DNA of 54,602 nucleotides from Candidatus Woesearchaeota archaeon (GTDB lineage Archaea; Nanobdellota; Nanobdellia; Woesearchaeales; UBA11576): NCBI GenBank assembly GCA_013203345.1, contig JABMQF010000011.1, positions 1 to 54,602 of the forward strand, read 5' to 3'. Shown piece by piece: positions 1 to 7,732 of this stretch (position 1 is its first letter; each line of letters starts with the position of its first letter). The notes under the pieces were generated by a model. It saw only the letters and a program-made list of their open reading frames with translations, ran no database searches and was not told where the DNA came from. The position numbers and the translations under genes were made by a program.

Positions 1-345
1 GATATCTACAATTGATAGCATATAAAGGAATACAATGGATACGTAAACACATCCAGAAACCCAAAGACTACATAAATGTGCTAAAAAAGCACGTATTTGT
101 CAAAAACGCAAAAGTCTAGGTTCAGGCATCTGATTATGGTCTAATATGATCCACATTACACAGAATGATATCTTTTCAAGTTGTCTTGCTGAATGCCTAC
201 AGTCACCCATCAGGGAATCCCAATATAAAATACCTTAACAAAGGATATACAACCAGCACATAAGGAGCGCGCAAAAATGCATGAGTAATGACCGTTTATG
301 CTGTGTTAAGTTCAATCAGCTAAATAGATGAGGGGCTTTGGCTTT

Positions 346-852
346 TTATTCTATTGTGAAATATTGAGGGTTATAAAATTCAAATTCTTGTCTTATTTGA
401 GATTCATGTCTCCTTTTTGCAGTTGGAGATAAGAAGATCTTTTTCAATGTATCAATATATAATTCACCCCGAACATATTTGATATCTGGATTGAGATAGT
501 GTTCGCTAAGACTTTCTATACAGGAATCATCTACATCAATTCCTAAAATTAAACCCCCATCACCATATTCAAAATTCAAAGCATATTTTTTAGTTGGTTC
601 AATATTATTTACCACAGTTATACATTTCACCCTATGTTCAATTTCGCATTCACCATAATGAGTAGATACCCATTCTAAAGCAAATTGGTCAATTGTCTTT
701 CCAGGATATTCTTTTTCAAAACTTCTGGATGGTTGCTCACGAAATATCCGCTCCAAAAACTCAATTTTTTGTTCTAAAGGTGAAAGAATTGCGCCAACTC
801 TAGCTATTGATATCCCCGCGCGTATGTTTGTACCATGATAAACTAATGTCAT
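346..852 (-). CDS. hypothetical 168-aa protein; possible ADP-ribosyltransferase-like fold (tentative)
   Basis: ATG at 852 gives a clean 168-codon ORF. A TATA-like TTTATTAA (875-882 on the minus strand) lies 23 nt upstream. The N-terminus LVYHGTNIRAGISIARVGAILSP resembles the H-G-[ST]...G...P first motif of PARP/DarT-type ARTs. The later Y and E motif positions are not securely identified. Confidence 0.55.
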   Translation of the reverse strand: MTLVYHGTNIRAGISIARVGAILSPLEQKIEFLERIFREQPSRSFEKEYPGKTIDQFALEWVSTHYGECEIEHRVKCITVVNNIEPTKKYALNFEYGDGGLILGIDVDDSCIESLSEHYLNPDIKYVRGELYIDTLKKIFLSPTAKRRHESQIRQEFEFYNPQYFTIE

Positions 853-901
853 GTAAATAAGAGCAAATAAAGACTTAATAAACCTTTCGAAGAATAACTA
901 C

Positions 902-933
902 TCAGAAGTAATAAAATATCCCTGCGGCAGGAT
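902..933 (-). repeat. copy 1 of a 32-nt repeat derived from the tRNA-Tyr 3' end plus T-rich trailer
   Basis: Plus strand TCAGAAGTAATAAAATATCCCTGCGGCAGGAT is 29/32 identical to copy 3 (2122-2153). It contains the small palindrome ATCC(C)TGC/GCAGGAT and lies between two minus-strand genes. Confidence 0.8.
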
Positions 934-985
934 GTTGAGAAAGTTTTGAGTATTAGTGATGTGCTAAAACAAAAACACACCAAAC

Positions 986-1981
986 TTATGCCTTCAAAGT
1001 TCTTCTCAATATACAAGAATAATCTCTATCTCGCAAATACCCTAACAAAACTTGTTTTGTATCATTTCCAGATAGTTTTGTGATTTTTCCATCACCTTTC
1101 CCACACATATATGGACATCTATAAAGTTCACCATCATAATCAACTGTTGCAGATGAACCCGCACCCATCTGGCATTGTCCATTGACAGATGTACTGTGCG
1201 CAAGACCAAAATCACTATGCCTTTTAGCTAATTCTTCAAGACGTTTTTGAGTGTCTAAGTTAGGATGTGGCTGGAAATCAGTATTGCAAATGAAGAATAT
1301 CCTATTTTCATTAGCAGACATCCTTAATCTCGCTACCTTCTGCCCATCATCGTCCAGATCATTTATTGAAACAACATAATTCATACCTAGCCTCGTCGTA
1401 CTTTCTGTTGGCCGGTTAGGATGATCTTCATAGGTCGAAATCAATCTTCTTAGATTTCTCGCGATTTCCGCCTGATTCTGTAATGGCTTTTTGGATGCCT
1501 GATATTCTTTTCCAGCAAAAAATTCATCATCTATGAATCTATTTCCAAATAAACTTATCATCACATTGGTCTCATTTTCAGCCAGAAAATTGCAGGTTCG
1601 CACATCAAGATTATTTCCTGCAGTAAAAATATAAGATTGGATGCCCTTGGTATTAGAATATTTTATTTTTTCCATAGTTTCGTCTGTCAATCTTGGATGA
1701 AGTGGATTTCCTCTTCCATTAATTGTGATGAACTTTGCATCATAATTCGCAGAGAAATAATCAATAACCTGTTTTATCTCGCTCATAGATAATCTTTCAT
1801 TAATTTTGATTCCTTGCGTCACGCAACCTTTACATGCTTGTTCCAATACACCCATATCTAATTCTACCAGTTCAGAACTTTTTTCACAATAGTTAGCAGA
1901 AGGCATGTTCAGTATAGTGATGGAATTATCTAAATCCTCAATCTCTTCCAATTTCTTTGTGATTTCAAGCTTTAGAGCCAT
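986..1981 (-). CDS. radical-SAM-like enzyme with non-canonical CX17CX2C cluster loop and SPASM/twitch-like Cys-rich C-terminus
   Basis: 331-aa ORF starting at ATG 1981, with TTTATAAA (2009-2016) 27 nt upstream. Motifs seen: NYC-x17-CKGC (nt about 1823-1888), FITINGRGNPLHP (GGEP-like SAM motif), and C-terminal CQMGAGSSATVDYDGELYRCPYMCG (like the SPASM/twitch G..v.pdG.vypC pattern). The canonical CX3CX2C is absent. Confidence 0.6.
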   Translation of the reverse strand: MALKLEITKKLEEIEDLDNSITILNMPSANYCEKSSELVELDMGVLEQACKGCVTQGIKINERLSMSEIKQVIDYFSANYDAKFITINGRGNPLHPRLTDETMEKIKYSNTKGIQSYIFTAGNNLDVRTCNFLAENETNVMISLFGNRFIDDEFFAGKEYQASKKPLQNQAEIARNLRRLISTYEDHPNRPTESTTRLGMNYVVSINDLDDDGQKVARLRMSANENRIFFICNTDFQPHPNLDTQKRLEELAKRHSDFGLAHSTSVNGQCQMGAGSSATVDYDGELYRCPYMCGKGDGKITKLSGNDTKQVLLGYLRDRDYSCILRRTLKA

Positions 1982-2035
1982 CTTGATGCTCAGAATTCCC
2001 TTTTACAATTTATAAATGTTTCGCATAATCACAAC

Positions 2036-2067
2036 TCAGAAGTAATAAAACATCCTTGCAACCAGAT
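2036..2067 (-). repeat. copy 2 of the 32-nt tRNA-Tyr 3'-end/trailer repeat
   Basis: TCAGAAGTAATAAAACATCCTTGCAACCAGAT is 26/32 identical to copy 3. It lies 54 nt from copy 3 and about 55 nt upstream of the radical-SAM-like gene start. Confidence 0.75.
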
Positions 2068-2121
2068 GGAAAGTAGTGGTTAAGTAGTAGAGATATTGTT
2101 AGGATGTATTTGATGCCTTAA

Positions 2122-2153
2122 TCAGAAGTAATAAAAAATCCCTGTGGCCGGAT
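2122..2153 (-). repeat. copy 3 of the 32-nt repeat (authentic tRNA-Tyr T-stem/acceptor 3' strand plus T-rich trailer)
   Basis: The reverse complement reads ATCCGGCCACAGGGA-TTTTTTATTACTTCTGA, which overlaps the last 15 nt of tRNA-Tyr. Confidence 0.85.
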
Positions 2154-2300
2154 TTTCTTGAAAACGGAAAAATACTCCGATTCCCATTTGAACCAGCGAC
2201 CTTCCGGTGACTGCTGTCCCACTTTCCTTCTAGGCTAGATGCCATGTCTGTGGGTGCTGATTAGCTACAGCCGGACGCACCACCGTTATGCTACACAGGG
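2139..2300 (-). tRNA. tRNA-Tyr (anticodon GTA) with two introns: canonical 37/38 (56 nt, 2209-2264) and T-loop (34 nt, 2152-2185)
   Basis: The minus strand reads CCCTGTG-TA-GCAT-AACGGTG-GTGC-G-TCCGG-CTGTAG[56 nt]A-CCGGA-AGGTC-GCTGG-TTCAAAT[34 nt]CCGGC-CACAGGG-A, followed by a T-run. The 7-bp acceptor stem is perfect, with the C1:G72 pair typical of archaeal/eukaryal tRNA-Tyr. All stems pair (two G:U). Confidence 0.85.
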
Positions 2301-2342
2301 ATTAAAAGGAAGAATAAATCATTATATTTTAAATGTTTTTGT

Positions 2343-2927
2343 TCAGGAAGCTTTTTTGTACTGCATTGCACCATTTCGCTGTGCGTAGACATTAGTTCTT
2401 ACAGCACTATTAGCTATTCGAGCCCTTTCTGCTTTTGAAACCTTATCTAAAGGATCCACTTCAGTAAATTCAACATCTACAATATTATCTTGCTTTACAC
2501 CAATCGAAGATGTCGGATTAATCTGCCGCCTACCAAGTACATGATATAAAGGGTTTAAAGCTGCCTGTTGAGTAATCTGCTTCTTTTCAGGAACATGATA
2601 TGCTGGATTCAAAGCAGGTATTCGCACATGAACATAAGAGGTTTGTACTGCAGGCACATCATTATTACAACCATACCGAGTTTTAGATTGTTTCTCCCCA
2701 ATCCTTCTTGGTTTAAATTCTGTGACAGTTCTATTTCCTTTAGATTCTATCTGCCTGTCAAGATCATTATGCACTGCATCAAGTGCGCCTTGAAAGTCAG
2801 GTTTTGCCACATGACCCTCATCTTCTTGTCTTTGCCCATCAGCCATTAAGTGGTCATAAGCGACCTGAAAATTTGCTACTGGCCAACTTGCACTTCTCAC
2901 CCCTCTTGAATATTCATTTCGTCTCAT
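2343..2927 (-). CDS. hypothetical protein (194 aa) with internal ALNP.YHV repeat
   Basis: I trimmed the 299-aa track ORF to ATG 2927 (MRRNEYSRG...). The longer version overlaps the divergent 3076 gene and is low-complexity. The protein has an internal duplication: IPALNPAYHVPEKKQI / AALNPLYHVLGRRQI. Confidence 0.5.
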   Translation of the reverse strand: MRRNEYSRGVRSASWPVANFQVAYDHLMADGQRQEDEGHVAKPDFQGALDAVHNDLDRQIESKGNRTVTEFKPRRIGEKQSKTRYGCNNDVPAVQTSYVHVRIPALNPAYHVPEKKQITQQAALNPLYHVLGRRQINPTSSIGVKQDNIVDVEFTEVDPLDKVSKAERARIANSAVRTNVYAQRNGAMQYKKAS

Positions 2928-3075
2928 ACCAGTGACAAATAAGCAACTAATATTTAAACCTTTCGGTGATATGACTACCCACCAGTGACAAAAAAGGCAA
3001 TATTTAAATATAACTACTGATTCCCCATATATCAAAGAGTAAATATCATTAAATTCCGTAAGGAGAAACGCTAAA

Positions 3076-6000
3076 ATGGCCAAAAAAGACAAATCTAAAC
3101 AAGAAAGGGATTCACAGCACCACATAGATCTAGAAGGCGCTTTGGAAGTGCTTGAGAAAGAGAGTGTTAATTTCAACCCTGAGACAGCCAGAACAGCAGA
3201 TGATACAATTGAAGAAAAAGTCCACAACCCTGAAGAAGACACTCATTATGATGATGTAAATACCGATCAGGAAGAAATACCAAGATACAAAGGTGAGGAG
3301 TCATTCATCAAAGACAGATATGTCGATCAAGATCTTCTTAGGAAAAAAATCATAAAAAAAGAACAAGAGACCCTAAATAATATGTCTCCTGAAGAACAGG
3401 AGGAATTCATAAAAGAACAAGTCAAAACACATGATGAAGTAATTCGTCTAGGTGCACAGACCCTACCATTTCTAGAATTTCAGATAAGGGAAACCCCTGA
3501 AATATATGATAATCCAGAAGATATTCAAAGACAGCTAGACGAGATTAAAGATTACATGATTTCATGCACAAAACCCAGTAAACGGGAGATTGTCGATAAA
3601 GAAATTAAAGCGATGATAAGTGCTGAAAAAGCAGGTCTCGCAGGAAGAGTGGCTATGTACTTTGGTATTGGATACAAAAAGCCAGTTACACTGAAAAAGG
3701 ACTTTCCTGAGCTATACCGCGACGTCAAAAGAGACCTAAGAACAGTCTACAAACTCATGAGAAAAGACGAAAAGGAAGAGCTAAAAGAAAAAAGAAGACA
3801 GGAAAAGCAGGCAAAAACAAATAATGCTGCTATAAACCCCACAAAAGACTACTTTAGCGGGTTCATGAAAAAAGCCGGCGCTGTTGCTCTTGTAGGAATT
3901 GGAGCTGTAGGTACATACATAGGGATAAGTAATTATCTCAACAGTGATGATACACAACAGAACAAGGACGCTGAGCCACATTTCACTATCCAGCAGAAGA
4001 CACCACCTGCATTACCAGCACATATTGGCAACACATCACTCAATGATGTTATATACAATATCACTAAAACTGACAATACCGTAGTGACCCTTGACGAGCA
4101 GCAGATAACTGCAAGTCCGGTTGACAGTGGCTCAGATGACAATCTCATACTAAATTATGATTTCAATTCCGATGAATACAATGATCCAGCCTCATTTGAG
4201 CAGGATATACTTTCAAGATACAAAAGCGGTCAGAGGGTGTTCAACCTCTATGGTTTTTCAAGTACAGACAGCAACGATGCCCAGAGCAAAGCTCCTCGTC
4301 GTGGAAGGGACAGGAGCTGGGATGCGAGGAACCTACTGGTTGCATTCAAGGATAAGAACGATCTGGAGGATATGGTTATTGGCCAAGTCAAGGGATACGA
4401 AGGAATCAATATCTTCGGACGTGACGCAGCTGACAACAGGATAGTTCTGGTCTCTGAAGAGCGTTACACACTGGATGGTCTAGTTGAACAGTTTGGCTCC
4501 AGGAGATCGCGTGTTGCGCAGACTGTGAAGATACAGCCAATGGAAACAGAAGTGGCGCAGGCACCGACACCCACTGTGCCGTCAGAGCCAAGTAATCCAG
4601 AAGATACAGCAGTGGCACAGGCAACACCTCAGCCCGAGCCCACTTCCCCTACCACCGAGCCCAGTAGCAAATGCCTCTTGACGCTTGAGATGGAACAGGG
4701 CTCATCCGAATATTCTGATCCCAATGCATTCAAGATTCTTTCGCAAACTGTACGCGAATGGTACAGTAAGGGCCATAGGGATATCAGTATTGCAGGCTTT
4801 GCTAGTATCGATTACGCAGGCGACAGGAACAACAACGACCAGCACGGCAATGATGTTATTGCCATGGACAGGGCCATCAAGACCAGGAACGATGTGCGTA
4901 CATTAGACCTCGCCGGCCTCAACATAATCCAGGTAAGGAGTTATGGTGAAACTGAAACTTGGGGTAACAACTTCGGCGACAATAGGCGCGTCGTGATTGG
5001 AGTAGGCGACGAGCGTATCAAAGATCCAGATAAATATCAGGCCACTATTGCTGTACTCAGAGCTCTCGAAGCATCTGAGCCAAGCTGCGCAGAGCAGTCT
5101 GACACAACAGGTGCAAGCGCTTCTGTAGATGATGTCGGAGCATTACCATATCTTAGATTTAAAAGACTCGCTCCGATAACAGAAATCTACCGCGTAACTG
5201 ACAACACAATAACAGAGTCACGCAATGGAGTCACAAAGCACACAGTGCTTGATAGTCCAAGGGATGATGTCATAGAGCGCCAGCGCGCTAAGGATGTTGC
5301 TACAATACCGCAAGAGAATGATGATGTCGCAGAGCAGACATACACATTTGACCAGCTCGCACCAATCACAGAGATTTACAGCATAACAGATAACACAATA
5401 ACAACATCAAGCAACAACAACACAAAACACACAGTGCTTGATAGTCCAAGGGACGATGTCGCAGAGCCAAAACTGCCTAATTTCGATCTTTGTGCTGCAG
5501 CAGATGATGACTATGTCAGCATCGAAATAGAACAGGATGGTAAGATCTATGTTGAGCGTCCTGCAACAGAGAATCTCGGAAACAGACTATTCGCAGACAT
5601 GGACCTCAATTACAACGACGGTGCACATGACATCAGCGATGAGATAACAGATGATGGTCTCGAGGCATACGAGCATAACGACCTGCCGGATTTCAGCAGG
5701 GTCAGCGCTCTTGCAGGTGATGACTACATCAGCATAGAGATTGAAGAGGATGGCAAGACACATGTCGAGCAGCATGAAGTAAGCAACAGTCTGTACAACA
5801 CACTGTTCGCTGACACAGGAGACCTTAATTTCAACGACGGTGCAAATGACATCAGCGATGCATTCAAAGCTGAACAGCCAAGAAATTACTCTTCTGCTGA
5901 CAAGGCATTGATAGCAGCAACTTACGCAGAATGCGCTTTGGGCAACAATGATAGGGAAGAACTTGACGACATGTTGGAGAATTATGGCTGTTCAGTCGAA

Positions 6001-6120
6001 CAGGCAGAGAACTTCTATGTTGATGATGCTCTCAGCAGGATTGAGGAGCGCGCACCAAAGCACTCCCAGGTAGTCAGCAAGTATGACACAGAAGATTACA
6101 ACGAACAGAGATGTGCCTGA
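3076..6120 (+). CDS. large membrane-anchored protein with two OmpA/MotB-like domains and two pairs of tandem repeats
   Basis: SD AGGAGA lies 9 nt upstream of the ATG. There is one TM segment (AGAVALVGIGAVGTYIGISNYL). Two segments (nt about 4141-4455 and 4678-5003) follow the OmpA_C pattern, for example ISIAGFASID...GNDVIAMDRAIKTRNDV...VRSYGETETWGNNFGDNRRVVIGV. Repeats: LAPITEIY..TDNTIT....TKHTVLDSPRDDV x2 (5167-5272, 5355-5460) and DDYVSIEIE.DGK..VE...LFAD..LN.NDGA.DISD x2 (about 5503-5643 and 5716-5862). Confidence 0.85.
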   Translation: MAKKDKSKQERDSQHHIDLEGALEVLEKESVNFNPETARTADDTIEEKVHNPEEDTHYDDVNTDQEEIPRYKGEESFIKDRYVDQDLLRKKIIKKEQETLNNMSPEEQEEFIKEQVKTHDEVIRLGAQTLPFLEFQIRETPEIYDNPEDIQRQLDEIKDYMISCTKPSKREIVDKEIKAMISAEKAGLAGRVAMYFGIGYKKPVTLKKDFPELYRDVKRDLRTVYKLMRKDEKEELKEKRRQEKQAKTNNAAINPTKDYFSGFMKKAGAVALVGIGAVGTYIGISNYLNSDDTQQNKDAEPHFTIQQKTPPALPAHIGNTSLNDVIYNITKTDNTVVTLDEQQITASPVDSGSDDNLILNYDFNSDEYNDPASFEQDILSRYKSGQRVFNLYGFSSTDSNDAQSKAPRRGRDRSWDARNLLVAFKDKNDLEDMVIGQVKGYEGINIFGRDAADNRIVLVSEERYTLDGLVEQFGSRRSRVAQTVKIQPMETEVAQAPTPTVPSEPSNPEDTAVAQATPQPEPTSPTTEPSSKCLLTLEMEQGSSEYSDPNAFKILSQTVREWYSKGHRDISIAGFASIDYAGDRNNNDQHGNDVIAMDRAIKTRNDVRTLDLAGLNIIQVRSYGETETWGNNFGDNRRVVIGVGDERIKDPDKYQATIAVLRALEASEPSCAEQSDTTGASASVDDVGALPYLRFKRLAPITEIYRVTDNTITESRNGVTKHTVLDSPRDDVIERQRAKDVATIPQENDDVAEQTYTFDQLAPITEIYSITDNTITTSSNNNTKHTVLDSPRDDVAEPKLPNFDLCAAADDDYVSIEIEQDGKIYVERPATENLGNRLFADMDLNYNDGAHDISDEITDDGLEAYEHNDLPDFSRVSALAGDDYISIEIEEDGKTHVEQHEVSNSLYNTLFADTGDLNFNDGANDISDAFKAEQPRNYSSADKALIAATYAECALGNNDREELDDMLENYGCSVEQAENFYVDDALSRIEERAPKHSQVVSKYDTEDYNEQRCA

Positions 6121-6136
6121 TTGTTAACTCGAGTTT

Positions 6137-6154
6137 CCTGCAGCTTGCTGCAGG
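6137..6154. terminator. perfect palindrome between convergent genes, candidate bidirectional terminator
   Basis: CCTGCAGC-TT-GCTGCAGG is followed by a T-rich stretch. It lies between the stop at 6120 (+) and the stop at 6164 (-). Confidence 0.45.
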
Positions 6155-6163
6155 GTCTTTGAT

Positions 6164-6679
6164 TCACTCAAGCATAGCTTTCCAGTTCTGCATGTAGTTC
6201 TGATATTTCTTATCGAACTCGTCTTTTGGCGTTACTTCAAGATCAAGATCCTTGAATGATTTCTGCATCTCAAGTGTTGCGTATGCCTGACCAGCAGCAT
6301 CTGATTTCTTAGACATTGAAAAAGTCATTCCATATCCACGCTTGTCATCTATGAATATATCAAATCCTCTCCACTGGAAAGTATGTCGTTTCCGAAACCA
6401 CTTTACTTTAATAGGGTAGCCGAACATCTTGAACATGTTCTCGAGCTGCCCGAAATCATCTCTATTGAATCTGAGCTCAACTCTTTCACTGCCTTTCTTT
6501 GTGACAAGTCTTGAGAATGTGCTTTTCTTCTGTATTATGGCTTCAACTGGCGCTTCATAGTGATAAGTGACCTGTTCTTCCCAACTTGATGCTCCGCATT
6601 GCTGCTGGAAAAATTCTATTAGGCTATTATGTTTATCTTTTGTGAGCACACTACCAATCTGGACTCTGATGTCTTTCAT
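6164..6679 (-). CDS. hypothetical protein, CYTH-like (class IV adenylate cyclase / triphosphate tunnel) pattern, tentative
   Basis: 171-aa ORF with SD GAGGTG/GGGGGT upstream. The layout of alternating beta-strand motifs ending in FDIFIDDKRGYGMTFSMS resembles the CYTH v.lD.v..lG.f.EiE end. The N-terminal ExExK motif is not evident. Confidence 0.6.
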   Translation of the reverse strand: MKDIRVQIGSVLTKDKHNSLIEFFQQQCGASSWEEQVTYHYEAPVEAIIQKKSTFSRLVTKKGSERVELRFNRDDFGQLENMFKMFGYPIKVKWFRKRHTFQWRGFDIFIDDKRGYGMTFSMSKKSDAAGQAYATLEMQKSFKDLDLEVTPKDEFDKKYQNYMQNWKAMLE

Positions 6680-6798
6680 TTTACCCCCTCTTCACCTCTG
6701 TAAAAAATAGAGATAATATGCTGTATAAAAAACTTACCATGCTTCACCAAAACTATTATAAACAAAACAAGATTGATTCTTTTAAAGAGGTGTTTATC

Positions 6799-7242
6799 AT
6801 GATTGGTGCATTAAGAGGAGCCATATTTGAAGCGTTGAAAAAGAAAGAAGAATTCATTCAAATGCTAAAAAGGCTCTTTGATGAATGCAGAGATGATAAG
6901 TTCAAAGAATTCTTACAGCTCATGATAAAAGATGGGGAAGACGACACCCATATGCTAAAACACCTGAACTTACAAAACATAATGAAACGCGGTCTTTCTA
7001 TAAAATTCAAAGCCCCTGAAATAGTTATTGATGATAGTTTTATAAAAAAAATAATAGATGTTGATTCTGCCAAAGACTCTCTTAAGATAGCAATAGACCA
7101 AATCAATACCAATATAGAGTATTATGAACATATAGCAGATCATTCGGTGTTTCCTGAAGTAAAAAGGCTATTTCGTCTTATCGCAGACAAGGACCTTGAG
7201 GACAAGGCCCGTATGAAAGCTTTGTATGACCTTCTGAGATGA
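6799..7242 (+). CDS. hypothetical helical protein, degenerate ferritin/rubrerythrin-like pattern (tentative)
   Basis: I chose ATG 6799 because AAAGAGGTG lies 7 nt upstream; the track ORF starts at 6718. The C-terminal half, AIDQINTNIEYYEHIADHSVFPEVKRLFRLIADKDLEDKARM, resembles a rubrerythrin-type helix pair with substituted metal ligands. Confidence 0.6.
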   Translation: MIGALRGAIFEALKKKEEFIQMLKRLFDECRDDKFKEFLQLMIKDGEDDTHMLKHLNLQNIMKRGLSIKFKAPEIVIDDSFIKKIIDVDSAKDSLKIAIDQINTNIEYYEHIADHSVFPEVKRLFRLIADKDLEDKARMKALYDLLR

Positions 7243-7401
7243 ATGTCAAATCGAAAACCAACATCCATAATCAATAGACCCAGGGTTCAGTTTGACAAAG
7301 AAGATTTGAACTATCTTCATATTTCCGAAGGCTTTTTCCCCTATTGATTCTTTAAATGAGTTTTTTGCACGATTTACATTGAATATTTACATCCCTAACC
7401 A

Positions 7402-7678
7402 GATTCTTTGCCTTCCTGACCTAGCATGGTTTGGCTGCCTGCGCTATACCATTGCCGCGCTCGCACTATTGTGTTTTTTAATGTGTTCGCCCAACTACGT
7501 TAGGTTTTTCAGTTAAGGTCTTAGGCTCGCTAGGCGGCAACGGTGACGCAGGCAGCTTTGTTGGTGCTGAAATTGGCAAGATAGGAGAGGTGATGATAGC
7601 ACAAGCAGCTTATTTGTTATTGGTTGTGCGGGCACAGGCAACCCATTTGTTACTACAGACTGCAGATAGTGTTGACTT
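7402..7678 (+). repeat. GC-rich dispersed element, copy A (about 277 nt) with long internal imperfect palindrome
   Basis: It aligns along its length with the reverse complement of 31984-32253 and with the reverse complement of 54436-54602. Shared blocks are CTGAC.TAGCA, TGCC.CGCTCGCACT, GATGTGTTCGCCCAACT.CGTTAGGTTTTT, AGGCTCGCTAGG.GGCA and TTGGTTGTGCGGG. The arms GCTGCCTGCG...TTGCCGC (7434-7460) and GCGGCAA...CGCAGGCAGC (7533-7556) are complementary. Confidence 0.85.
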
Positions 7679-7732
7679 ATTACATACCCCCATCATAGAT
7701 TTTATATAATATGAGTCTCGATATGATTATTT

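Noticed and set aside
1-345. Fourth copy of the tRNA-Tyr-derived repeat, or a truncated gene at the window start
   Set aside because: There is no match to the 32-mer. The only related feature is a plus-strand GGCTTTGGC-TTTTTATTCTATTGTGA terminator-like stretch at about 327-352. There is no ORF of meaningful length.
2343-3242. 299-aa ORF from the track taken at full length
   Set aside because: The N-terminal 105 codons are low-complexity (S/L/C-rich) and overlap the well-supported divergent gene starting at 3076. I trimmed it to ATG 2927.
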